Positions 1 to 8,232 of a stretch of 15,330 nucleotides of DNA are shown piece by piece. The translations under genes and the position numbers were made by a program. Origin of the DNA: a candidate division FCPU426 bacterium (GTDB lineage: Bacteria > Oederibacteriota > JAAXVQ01 > JAUVAV01); contig DAOWGI010000089.1 of assembly GCA_030637655.1 (NCBI GenBank), forward strand, positions 1 to 15,330, given 5' to 3'. The notes under the pieces were generated by a model. It searched no databases. It was not told the origin of the DNA and saw only the letters and a list, made by a program, of their open reading frames with translations. Positions within the stretch are counted from its first letter, which is position 1; every line of letters starts with the position of its first letter.

Positions 1-1044
1 ATATACAGCCGGCACATTGGTGCCAGCTGGAAACGTGACATAAATGATCTCACCTGCCAACAGCGCGCCGTCTGAACTGGTGGTAATACCAAAGTTGTAT
101 TCTCCAATATTGGATATTGTGTTGGGCGTAACGGTTACCGCGCCCACAGTCAAGGCTGAGGATGAGGTGGTGATGGTGTAATTCGGGCTGGTGCCGGCTG
201 TAAGTTGGGCTGTGCTGGAAGCGCTGAGCGTGTATCCTGCACCTGTGGTTGCAGGATTGCGGATATCGGCATTGGTAGTAAAGATAATAGTATACGCTGT
301 ACTGGCATTGAGATTGATCGGGGTGGTAAGTGTAACCACCTGACCTGCACCGCTGGCAGTGCTGACATTGTTTCCATCGACTGTGATGTCTCCAGAGGCA
401 TACGCAGCCGGCACATTGGTGCCACCAGGGAAAGTGACCGAAATCTGTCCTGACCCTCCGAGCAGAGCGCCGTCAGCTGCTATGGTGATTTGAAAAGAAT
501 ATTGCCCGTAATTGCCGATGGTATCAGGAGTTACGGTCACAGAACCTACGGAGAGCTCGGTGATGGAAGCAGTGATAGCATATGATCCGGAAGCCACTTC
601 CGTGCCTTCTACAGATGTATGGACATTAATCGTGTAGCTTGATCCCGGTGTACTGGGATTGATAACATTGGCCGAACTGCTGATAATAACCGTAACACCG
701 GTGGAATTGCCTATATCTACCGGTGTGTTAATGGTCAGGTTCTGACCTGATCCGGCAGCAGCTGTGCTGATGTTGGTTCCATTCACCGTAATATCCGAGC
801 CGGCAGAGACAGAAGCAAGAACAGTGGTGTTGGTCGGAAAAGTAATGACAATGGTATCGCTTGATCCTGAAGAGAGAGCTCCGGAAGCTCCGGTAGTGAA
901 GGTTACCGTGTATTGGGCTGCGGTATTGACAGTTGTGGTACCAAGACTGGCAGACACACCGGATACATCGGCAAATGCCGATGCAGTACAGAGGAGAACC
1001 ACTAAGCAAACTGATCCGATAAGGTACTTTGCTTTTTTCAACAT
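1..1044 (-). CDS. Secreted Thr/Ser/Gly-rich beta-sandwich repeat surface protein (5' part only; runs off the window edge)
   Basis: Hand translation gives 348 stop-free codons from the ATG at 1044 to base 1. AGGAG RBS at 1056-1060 (minus strand). Signal peptide MLKKAKYLIGSVCLVVLLCTASAFA-D. Repeats of ~133 aa carry motifs Y.....T...GAL, I.VTFP.GT.V, DITV.G and I.NP.T.G..YT. Absent from the ORF track because no stop lies in the window. Confidence 0.9.
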   Translation of the reverse strand, partial: MLKKAKYLIGSVCLVVLLCTASAFADVSGVSASLGTTTVNTAAQYTVTFTTGASGALSSGSSDTIVITFPTNTTVLASVSAGSDITVNGTNISTAAAGSGQNLTINTPVDIGNSTGVTVIISSSANVINPSTPGSSYTINVHTSVEGTEVASGSYAITASITELSVGSVTVTPDTIGNYGQYSFQITIAADGALLGGSGQISVTFPGGTNVPAAYASGDITVDGNNVSTASGAGQVVTLTTPINLNASTAYTIIFTTNADIRNPATTGAGYTLSASSTAQLTAGTSPNYTITTSSSALTVGAVTVTPNTISNIGEYNFGITTSSDGALLAGEIIYVTFPAGTNVPAVY

Positions 1045-1353
1045 AGGGTTATCGACTCCTTTTGATAAAAGCATGAAAAAACCCAACATTTTTTTACAGA
1101 CCTATCAATAATTATACTATTTTTTTTACAAAAATGTTAATGCTAACTAAAAAAAGTGCCGTTTTTTCGACCTTTTCTAAAAAGCGCTTGTTTTTAATAA
1201 TGAAAATTGTGGAACCCAAAAAAAATATTTTTATAAAACCCCTATTTTTTAAAGATTTTAAATAAACAACTGTCTTGTAAAAATTCTCTAATTAATTAGA
1301 CATGGTGACCAGATTGTAGGTTTCCTTAAATCATCATCATAATTATATTAATA

Positions 1354-1500
1354 TTATTCAGATGGCTGGCACACCCTCATGAGAATCCGCTGAATTAACT
1401 GGGGATATAAAATTTTGGCCTTCAAAGCAGACTGAGCCACTTCATCTGCACGGTCCGGTGCAGGCTTGGGATTGAGCTCTATGATATAAATGTTATTTTT
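1354..1500 (-). pseudogene. C-terminal fragment resembling a D-Ala-D-Ala ligase / ATP-grasp family protein
   Basis: Translation NNIYIIELNPKPAPDRADEVAQSALKAKILYPQLIQRIL* resembles the ExN(P)xP...A.SA..A.I.Y..LI.RI end of Ddl-like proteins. The upstream part is replaced by the intron remnant. Confidence 0.55.
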
Positions 1501-1525
1501 GGGAACTGGTGCCAGCCACTTCTTT

Positions 1526-1915
1526 GTTGTCAGACTACTCAGCTGCGTGCATATAAGGCTTCCGGCCTCAGACCTTCCCTTAGCTTGCCGCCGCTTGCTC
1601 GCTGCGGGAGCCGCTGAGTTCTCCCGGTTCTCGAACATAGCGTGTACTCCGCAGACAACGACTCGCTGTTTACTACCGTTGCCTGTGTTGCCTTCCCTTA
1701 CCGTTGTACATGGTCGGCGCCCCAGACTGGTGATTTCGGAGCTCAATGGCTGGCCTACGTTTCCCCGATCAACGCTTCACGTGCTGCCTCACGACCACCC
1801 GCGCATGACTTGGGGCCATGATGGATCAGCTGGTCCTTTCATGTAAGGGACTTGACTTCGGCTGAGCTCAGTCGAAGCCTCACCCTTTACTCTATGCCGG
1901 TTTATCCCGGCGCTT
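1526..1915 (-). mobile_element. Truncated, decayed group II intron (5' domains only; no RT ORF, no domain V/VI)
   Basis: The minus strand reads GCGCCGGGATAAACCGGCA...AAGGGTGA[insert]AAGTCCCTTAC...GGCCCCAAGTCATGCGCGGG...GAAGCGTTGATCGGGGAA...AGGCCAGCCATTGAGC...GAACCGGGAGA...GGGAAGG...ATGCACG...GAGTAGTCTGAC. This is the motif order I recall for bacterial IIB-type (probably class E) intron 5' domains. The 5' GTGCG has degenerated to AAGCG. Confidence 0.82.
1854..1879. repeat. 26-nt palindromic element inserted in the intron remnant
   Basis: GACTTCGGCTGAGCTCAGTCGAAGCC is a near-perfect palindrome. Deleting it restores AAGGGTGAAAGTCCCTT on the minus strand. Confidence 0.85.
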
Positions 1916-1978
1916 TCACTACGTCCCCATTTACGTGGTTTAATTTGAGGGTATTCGAATTTATTTTGAGGAATAATT

Positions 1979-3697
1979 TCAAACTTTCATTTTCCGAATG
2001 GCTTCCTGAAGGTAGCTGGAGGCCGAGGATATTTCCTGAATGCTGCTCGTGATCTCGGCCATGGAATTGTTGAGTTCTTCCATGCTGGAGGCGATTTCCT
2101 CCAGCGCGGAGGCATTGTCCTCGGCAAAAGCGATCACTTCCCGCATGTTACTCTGGACCGTATCGGTACGTTCCAATTGCGAACTGGACAGAGTGGACAT
2201 GTTAGCAACGCGCTGTTCCAGATTACTGACGGATTTCACGATGGTGGACAGTGATTTTTCGGATTCAGTCATTGATTCACGGCCCGAGGTAACGTGCTTG
2301 GCTCCATCGGTCATGGACTCGACCGCAGCCCGGTTCTCGATCTGAATGCGCTGCACCAGGGCGCCGATTTGTTTTGTAGCGTCCCCGGATTCCTCGGCTA
2401 GTTTCTTGATCTCGTCCGCCACCACGGCAAAGCCCCGGCCCGCGTCGCCGGCCCGGGCCGCCTCGATCGCCGCGTTGAGCGCCAACAGGTTTGTTTGCTC
2501 GGCGATCTGCGTGATCACTTCCAGCACTTGGTCGATTTCCTGAATCGTGCCGCTGAGTTCGCTCACCTGGTGGACATTTTGGTCGAAAATAGTAAACAGC
2601 AAGTTGATTTTTTTAATGGCAGATTGGATGATTCTACCACCATCCTCGGCGGTAGAGTGTGTAATACGGGCCAGGTTACGGGCTTCATCCAAAGAGATGA
2701 TAAATTCCTTCAGGGAATTGGCTTGGTCCTTGATGGTTTTGGCAGAGTTGACCGTGTGTTCCCGCTGCTGCTCGGCATTGGTGGCCACGGAGGAAATATT
2801 GCTAGTGACTTCCTGCGTAGCGGCGCTGATTTCTTCGGATAGGGATAACAAGTGTTCGGAGATACGCCGCAGAGTCTCGGTCAGGGATTTGGTACGGAAG
2901 ATTGCGGTTTGAATCGATCCGAGAAAATGATTCATATTATTAAAAGCACGGGCTAACAGACCTATCTCATCACTTGTGTTAACGTTTATAATGTATTTTA
3001 AATCTCCGGCGCCAATTTTCTGGGCGCCAACCTGTAAAAGTTTAATCGGCCCGGTTAAAGTACGCGCAAAGAAAAATGCCACGATAACGCCAAGCACCAG
3101 AATACCTATGGAAATCACAAAAACCTGTATTGTAGCCTTACGAATAATTTCATTCGTTCTTTTCTGTGAGGCGCCCAGCACCATTGCTCCGATTAGCCGA
3201 TCATCTATAAGCAGTTTCCTTCTCGCTTCCGTGACTTCTTTATCTTTATATTTCGTCTTTTTGATATAAAATAAATTCTCGGCCTTTTTGGTATAATGAT
3301 CCGACCGACTGTAATCATATTGGATTATTTCATTAAATATTTCAGGTTCTTTCCGGCCCACCCGGGAATAATCACTGTCGCCGATTATTTGACCGCGGTC
3401 ATCATAAAATGTAATGTATACAATATCCTCCTGCTTAAGCACACCAGTGCAAACTTCTTTTAACAAAGGATAATCCCATGATATCAACATCTCTTTACAG
3501 TTTGTCGCAAGATTTGAGGATAACGTTTCCAGCCGGATTATACTTTCGGTGTGGATGATTCTTTGTATGTTGATTGAAAACGATATAGATAATGCGAGAA
3601 TACCTGCGACCAGCAGAAAAATGGTTACCATCAAGTATTTCTGAAGAATACCAAAACCAACAACTTTATTTCCGGCAAATTTTGTTTTTTCTTCCAT
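1979..3697 (-). CDS. Methyl-accepting chemotaxis protein (TM, periplasmic sensor, TM, HAMP, signalling domain)
   Basis: [38 protein letters not shown] hairpin-tip motif; HAMP ([14 protein letters not shown]); two hydrophobic helices. Start moved from 3715 to the ATG at 3697 (MEEKTK), 9 nt after a GGAG at 3707-3710. Confidence 0.96.
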   Translation of the reverse strand: MEEKTKFAGNKVVGFGILQKYLMVTIFLLVAGILALSISFSINIQRIIHTESIIRLETLSSNLATNCKEMLISWDYPLLKEVCTGVLKQEDIVYITFYDDRGQIIGDSDYSRVGRKEPEIFNEIIQYDYSRSDHYTKKAENLFYIKKTKYKDKEVTEARRKLLIDDRLIGAMVLGASQKRTNEIIRKATIQVFVISIGILVLGVIVAFFFARTLTGPIKLLQVGAQKIGAGDLKYIINVNTSDEIGLLARAFNNMNHFLGSIQTAIFRTKSLTETLRRISEHLLSLSEEISAATQEVTSNISSVATNAEQQREHTVNSAKTIKDQANSLKEFIISLDEARNLARITHSTAEDGGRIIQSAIKKINLLFTIFDQNVHQVSELSGTIQEIDQVLEVITQIAEQTNLLALNAAIEAARAGDAGRGFAVVADEIKKLAEESGDATKQIGALVQRIQIENRAAVESMTDGAKHVTSGRESMTESEKSLSTIVKSVSNLEQRVANMSTLSSSQLERTDTVQSNMREVIAFAEDNASALEEIASSMEELNNSMAEITSSIQEISSASSYLQEAIRKMKV

Positions 3698-3727
3698 CCA
3701 TATATTCTCCATCAAGAATGCACTTGG

Positions 3728-3830
3728 CCCTGCAACGCCGAAAACCCCGGGCGTGCCCCGTCCGGAGAGGAAATCGAACGGGACTTCCGTTGGGCTCCCG
3801 GGAATAAGAGCGTCAAAAGGCGTTGCAGGA
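3728..3830 (-). other. Extended GC-rich stem-loop in the chemoreceptor leader (candidate cis-regulatory RNA)
   Basis: Perfect 11-bp inverted repeat at 3729-3739/3819-3829, an internal CCCGGG pair, and a 10-bp inner stem at 3755-3764/3775-3784 that pairs fully only on the minus strand (G-U wobbles). Confidence 0.55.
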
Positions 3831-3852
3831 TGTCGCCCCGGTCGGAAGAAAT

Positions 3853-3858
3853 ATTATA
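3853..3858 (-). promoter_or_regulatory. Putative -10 element for the chemoreceptor transcript
   Basis: Perfect TATAAT on the minus strand between the terminator and the structured leader; no convincing -35. Confidence 0.4.
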
Positions 3859-3948
3859 GGGACAAAACTTTTGCGGATGTCTGCCAAATGGGCATACAAT
3901 GTGCCGAAGCATTTGCAAGTAAACCGCATTTAAGCTTTTTCAACATAC

Positions 3949-3978
3949 AAAAAACTCCCCGCCCGTCAGGGCGGGGAA
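3949..3978 (-). terminator. Rho-independent terminator after the PhnD-like gene
   Basis: 9-bp stem TCCCCGCCC/GGGCGGGGA with a 4-nt loop, followed by T6 on the minus strand, 8 nt after the stop. Confidence 0.85.
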
Positions 3979-3986
3979 ATTTATTT

Positions 3987-4883
3987 TTATTTATCGGACA
4001 TCTTCTGCCAGTAATCCAGATCATAAAATTTCGCGCCGTGAATCGAATCGCACGCTTCCTTTACCGTGTTATACTCCTTCAATGTTATGGGCACCCATTT
4101 TTCGTATTTCTTATTTACCGCTTGGATCTCGGCAAGACCTTCCTCATGCATGTTGAGGAGAGTTTGCTTGACTTTTTTCAATGCCTTTTTAGAAACTTTT
4201 TTGGTGTTTACGCAAAAAGGAAACTCCGGCACCGCGGGATGCCGCCAGAGACTTCGCAACTGCTTTTTTTCTTCGTTGTATTGATTGAACGTGGCTTCGT
4301 TGATGAAACAAGCGGCATACTGTCCAATGATAACCGCCTGGGCGGCTTTATCATGCCTGCCTAAATATTCAAATTGAAAATATTTAAATTTGTCAATTCC
4401 CTGGTCCTTCAGCCAGCCAGTCGGCATTAGATTGCCGGAAGTGGAAGAGGCGCTGGTCCCGCCCACTTTTTTTCCTTTTAAATCCTTAAGTGATTGGTAG
4501 GGAGAATCAATTTTAACCGCAAGATGGCCATAGTAAGTCGGTGAACCCGATTTTTGCGCGCAGACAAAGGGAAGGACAGGGCCGCTGCCTGCAGCCTGTA
4601 CACAGGTAACCGGAGCAAGAAATGCAAAATCAATTTCACCGGCCACAATATCTTTCACCAGCGTCGTGTATCCGCCGGTAACCCCTGTGGTAGGATACAG
4701 TTTCAACCGTATATCCAGGCCGGTTTCCGCGCAAAGATGTTTTTCTATTCCCTTGAATCTCTCTATCATCTCCGTGGGTTTTCTGAGGGGTAAAATACCA
4801 AGATAATACGTTTTTGCCCAGACCTCTCCTGCTTGCAATAAGCTAAAGCACATCAACATAATTCCTAATGTTCTTTTAAGCAT
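3987..4883 (-). CDS. PhnD/PtxB-family phosphate/phosphite/phosphonate-type periplasmic solute-binding protein
   Basis: Cleavable signal peptide; G.IDFAFLAP; YYGHLAV; SLKDLKGKK; SSTSG; GRHD; C-terminal P..PF. RBS GGAGGAG. The ligand cannot be determined from sequence. Confidence 0.9.
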   Translation of the reverse strand: MLKRTLGIMLMCFSLLQAGEVWAKTYYLGILPLRKPTEMIERFKGIEKHLCAETGLDIRLKLYPTTGVTGGYTTLVKDIVAGEIDFAFLAPVTCVQAAGSGPVLPFVCAQKSGSPTYYGHLAVKIDSPYQSLKDLKGKKVGGTSASSTSGNLMPTGWLKDQGIDKFKYFQFEYLGRHDKAAQAVIIGQYAACFINEATFNQYNEEKKQLRSLWRHPAVPEFPFCVNTKKVSKKALKKVKQTLLNMHEEGLAEIQAVNKKYEKWVPITLKEYNTVKEACDSIHGAKFYDLDYWQKMSDK

Positions 4884-4941
4884 TTATTCTCCTCCCTTTT
4901 TTGTTTTAGCGAGGCAAACATAGTGCCGTTCGCAATACCTT

Positions 4942-4972
4942 ATTATATGCACCACTGATATTCCTGCGTCAA
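4942..4972 (-). promoter_or_regulatory. Putative sigma70-type promoter of the PhnD-like gene
   Basis: TTGACG (4972-4967), 19-nt spacer, TATAAT (4947-4942). The spacer is long. Confidence 0.45.
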
Positions 4973-5235
4973 GTGAATAAATGTTGCTCTTTTTCGGGAC
5001 CGCGAGTTTCGAAAGTATAAAGTATATTATTTTTTATCGGAAAAATAAAGGTTGAAATTGTAAATAATTTGCGTAAAGTATATAAATGCAAGACAATATA
5101 TATCTTAGATCCGAATGAAGGGTTAAGATAAATAACCGAATGGGAGGTGGCCCCCTTCTTTTAAAAAAACTGCTTTTAATCAAAACGAAATCAAATAAAT
5201 TATCAATAAAAAAACCCAACCCAGGAGGTCGTTTA

Positions 5236-6309
5236 ATGTCAGACATATTAAAACGTTACATAGTTTGCTTGAGCGCTTTAGGTATGTTATCCATTGGATC
5301 AACAGCTATGGCGGAAGAAGTTTTACCCCAGACCGTCAAGCCGGCACCGACAGTAACCGCACCAGCGGCTGCGCCAAAAGTTCCTGCTCAAGTTGGTATT
5401 ACGGATCTGAAGATTCACGGTTATTTGCAGACTTACTACTCTTGGTTTGAAAAAAGTAATCCTGACAGCTATTTTGAGATCAAACGCGCCCGCCTGACAT
5501 TGGATGGAAAAATTGCCCAGGCGGTTAAAAGCAAGATCCAAATTGATGCAGCATCTTCCACCAATCTTCTTCTGGATGCATCCATTAGCTACCAGCCTTT
5601 TTCATTCATGAATTTGAAAATGGGTCAATTTAAGATGCCCTTTAGTGAGGAACAAATCGGTTCTTCCGCCAAATTAGATGTCTTCCATCGTTCCGAAGTA
5701 ACCAGCAAACTTTCCTATAATTACGACCTGGGTCTCATGGCCGAGGGTAAGCTTTTGAAAAAGAAAATTTACTATGGTGCGGGTGTGTTTAATGGCGCTG
5801 GCCGAAATCAAGCGGATAACAATGATAATAAAGATGTTGTTGGCCGTGTGGTCTTTTCACCCCTGGCGGGGAGTGGATCACTCCTGGATGGTTTTTCCTT
5901 GGGTGGGGCATTTCAAATCGGCCGCCAACCGCAAGTGGGTACTGATGAGGGTGAACGGAACCGATACGGTGGATTGCTGAAATACACTTATGCAGGGTTT
6001 AAATTACAAGGTGAATATATTTATCAAGAAAAAGAACAAGTTGACGCGAGTAAAAAGTTTGCCTCGGGCTGGTATGCACTTGCTACTTATTGTGTTATTC
6101 CGGAAATGATTGCTGCGGTAAAATTTGAAATGTACGATCCCAACCAAGCAATTGATCTGGATGGCAGCCAAATCGGCAGTATTGGTTTGAATTATTTTCT
6201 TGCTAAAATTAAGATTCAAGCAACCTATCGGTTGAAAAAGCGTGAGACCGATATCAATCCCATTAAAGAATTTTATTTAATGACTCAAATAAAATATGGT
6301 AAAAAATAA
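5236..6309 (+). CDS. Outer-membrane porin, phosphate-selective porin O/P (OprO/OprP-like) family
   Basis: Signal peptide and Pro/Ala-rich linker, then FEIKRARL, LLDA, GQFKMPFS.E, D.G, GVFNG, NDNKD.VGRV, and alternating beta-strands at the C-terminus. Start moved from 5140 to the ATG at 5236, behind AGGAGG at 5223-5228. Confidence 0.88.
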   Translation: MSDILKRYIVCLSALGMLSIGSTAMAEEVLPQTVKPAPTVTAPAAAPKVPAQVGITDLKIHGYLQTYYSWFEKSNPDSYFEIKRARLTLDGKIAQAVKSKIQIDAASSTNLLLDASISYQPFSFMNLKMGQFKMPFSEEQIGSSAKLDVFHRSEVTSKLSYNYDLGLMAEGKLLKKKIYYGAGVFNGAGRNQADNNDNKDVVGRVVFSPLAGSGSLLDGFSLGGAFQIGRQPQVGTDEGERNRYGGLLKYTYAGFKLQGEYIYQEKEQVDASKKFASGWYALATYCVIPEMIAAVKFEMYDPNQAIDLDGSQIGSIGLNYFLAKIKIQATYRLKKRETDINPIKEFYLMTQIKYGKK

Positions 6310-6833
6310 AGGTCTTCTGATTTTGGGTCTTCTCCAAACCGAGCGGGTAAAAAAAGCCCCGTTTTAGAGAAAACCACTTGCAATTAAAGGGAAAAAACAC
6401 CTTTTATCAAACGTACGCTTTTCCCGGGTTTGCACCCCAAAAAAAACTTTCTGGAATTGGCCGGTGATCACGATGCCAGATCATCGGCCGTGCAAGCAGT
6501 AGAAAAAAGAGCTAAACCTCGCAGGGAAGTGAACCCTAATGAAACTGAAATGGACCAAAGATGGACACCCTGCTCTCTGATATTAAATCAGCTGAATCGC
6601 CTTTTACTCTCTCTTCAAAATCTTTGAATAAATAGGCGATCCTAAAAAACACAAAAAGTGCTTTAAATATCGAAGAAACGCAAGCGTCAAAACAACCGTA
6701 TCTTGAAGGTTAAAGATAATAGTTCATGCTGCCTCCATGCAAAAGACAGCAAAAAGGGGTTTTGCAGCGGAATCACTTAAGAACTTAAGATTTGCTTTGC
6801 CGCATACTGCCGTCCTTTATATTATTTTTAGGT

Positions 6834-6968
6834 CAATGGTCAGGTCTTGAAATATCATTTTTGTTTCTTTTCTTCTTCGGCTGTCACTTTACTGATCGTA
6901 ATATAATGGGTTTGTAACTGATCGGCAATCTTTTTTGAAGTATATCCATATTTGTTTTCATCAATAGC
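6834..6968 (-). pseudogene. Relic of the C-terminal HTH and end motif of a Y1 tyrosine (RAYT-like) transposase element
   Basis: The minus frame 6968-6855 reads AIDENKYGYTSKKIADQLQTHYITISKVTAEEEKKQK* (YGYT.K.IAD....HY.T.SK pattern). It is followed by TATTTCAAGACCTGACC, which I recall as the end motif of such elements. No start codon. Confidence 0.62.
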
Positions 6969-6972
6969 CGGC

Positions 6973-7272
6973 TTATTTTGTCCTCGCTATTCCTGCCAAC
7001 AAAATACATAACCCGTGTGAAATCAGACCCGGTAAAAACAAGATAACATACCCACTACCTACAAGTAAAAACCAAAGAATCGCCGAAATCACATGTCCTT
7101 TATACAAGTGCCCGGCACCGGGAATAAACAAGCTCAATAGCGCGGCCAACCATCCACTTTTTTCAGGTTTAATGAAAACCACCTTGTCTCTAAGCACATG
7201 ACCGCAGTACGGACACGCCTGGGCTGAGTCGGAAACCCGGTTGTTGCATTCCGGACACAAGGTGAGTGGCAT
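6973..7272 (-). CDS. Small membrane protein with N-terminal zinc ribbon (TM2-like C-terminus)
   Basis: CPEC...VSD.A..CPYCG zinc ribbon, then KS...AALLSLFIPGAGHLY.G and hydrophobic helices. Confidence 0.85.
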   Translation of the reverse strand: MPLTLCPECNNRVSDSAQACPYCGHVLRDKVVFIKPEKSGWLAALLSLFIPGAGHLYKGHVISAILWFLLVGSGYVILFLPGLISHGLCILLAGIARTK

Positions 7273-7276
7273 AATG

Positions 7277-7609
7277 TTAGACTTCCGCCTTTTCCCGAAT
7301 CATTATCAACATCATTTTAAACGGTTTCCGCGCTTTTAAGGCGTGCGGATGATTCGCCGGCATAATCATCACTCTACCGGCCGTGACATTATGGGGTTTC
7401 CCCTCAATGGTAATTTCCGCTTCACCGTCCAAGACATGAACAAAAGCATCATAAGGAGAGGTGTGCTCACTTAATCCCTGTCCTTGAGCAAAAGCAAAAA
7501 TAGTAATATTACCTATTTTTTTATCCAATAGGATTTTACTCACCACTGCGTCCGCCTGATAATCCACCAGGATGTTTAGATCCATAGCTTGCCCAAATAC
7601 TATTCCCAT
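7277..7609 (-). CDS. Cupin domain protein
   Basis: FAFAQGQGLSEHTSPYDAFVHVLDGEAEITI and MPANHPHAL cupin motifs. Confidence 0.92.
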   Translation of the reverse strand: MGIVFGQAMDLNILVDYQADAVVSKILLDKKIGNITIFAFAQGQGLSEHTSPYDAFVHVLDGEAEITIEGKPHNVTAGRVMIMPANHPHALKARKPFKMMLIMIREKAEV

Positions 7610-7614
7610 AGCAT

Positions 7615-8232
7615 TTATCCTTCCTGAACCCGTCGAATAAACTGCCTGATCTTGGAAGCGTTTTTTATTCCCGGCTGCACTTCAACCCCGGACGAGACAT
7701 CCACCATGGCCGGCCTGACCCTCCGGATCGCTTCGGACACGTTCTGCGGATTCAATCCACCGGAGAGAATGACCGGTTTGCCAAACCGCTTCAGGCCTTT
7801 GGCATATTTCCAGTTTGACGGTTTGCCCGTACCGCCGGCTTGTCCCGGCACAAAAGCATCCACCAACAAAGCTCCCGCAGCCGGTGCCGGATCTTTCTTT
7901 GGCACGATGCTCATAGCTGTAGGTCGCAAAGAGCGTATTACGCGAAAACGGGAAAATAAACGCATCACCTTTTGTGATTCATGCCCGTGCAATTGTATGC
8001 GGTCCATCCCCACCTCGTGCATCACCCGCATGATCCATTTGGGGTCCTGATCCACAAACACTCCAACTCTAAGAACCTGAGGAGGCGCGTTTTTTATAAT
8101 CATTTTTGCTTGCTTCACTGTGACCTGCCGCGGCGACGGAGCAAAAACCATTCCCAGGGCATCTGCTCCGGCCTGAACAGCTGTCTCAACATCAACCTCA
8201 CGGGTAAGACCGCAAATTTTTACGCGGATCAT
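7615..8232 (-). CDS. trpF: Phosphoribosylanthranilate isomerase
   Basis: VKICG, GADA.G.VF..SPR, QLHG.E, GGTG, LSGGLNP.NV, VDVSSGVE; ATGA overlap with the trpC stop. Confidence 0.96.
   Translation of the reverse strand: MIRVKICGLTREVDVETAVQAGADALGMVFAPSPRQVTVKQAKMIIKNAPPQVLRVGVFVDQDPKWIMRVMHEVGMDRIQLHGHESQKVMRLFSRFRVIRSLRPTAMSIVPKKDPAPAAGALLVDAFVPGQAGGTGKPSNWKYAKGLKRFGKPVILSGGLNPQNVSEAIRRVRPAMVDVSSGVEVQPGIKNASKIRQFIRRVQEG

Noticed and set aside
150-1111. ORFs 150-425, 205-453, 728-1009 and 764-1111
   Set aside because: They are shadow frames of the real minus-strand gene at 1-1044.
1363-1518. Sigma54 promoters at the TGGCAC motifs
   Set aside because: Neither copy has a correctly spaced TTGC -12 element.
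1354-2052. ORFs 1354-1746, 1490-1846 and 1852-2052 as genes or an intron-encoded RT
   Set aside because: They are translations of intron RNA sequence with no RT motifs (no YADD). Only the last ~48 codons of 1354-1746 look protein-derived.
3728-3830. 6S RNA, SRP RNA or c-di-GMP riboswitch
   Set aside because: Too short for 6S and not in the usual context despite a GGGAGCCC...GGGCAC resemblance. It lacks the SRP CAGG/GCAG loop and the GGCAAA...GACGCAAA core.
5140-5235. Porin start at 5140
   Set aside because: A strong AGGAGG and the signal peptide support the ATG at 5236.
4884-5235. Pho box in the porin/binding-protein intergenic region
   Set aside because: No 11-nt-spaced CTGTCAT-like direct repeat is visible, so phosphate regulation is not supported by sequence.
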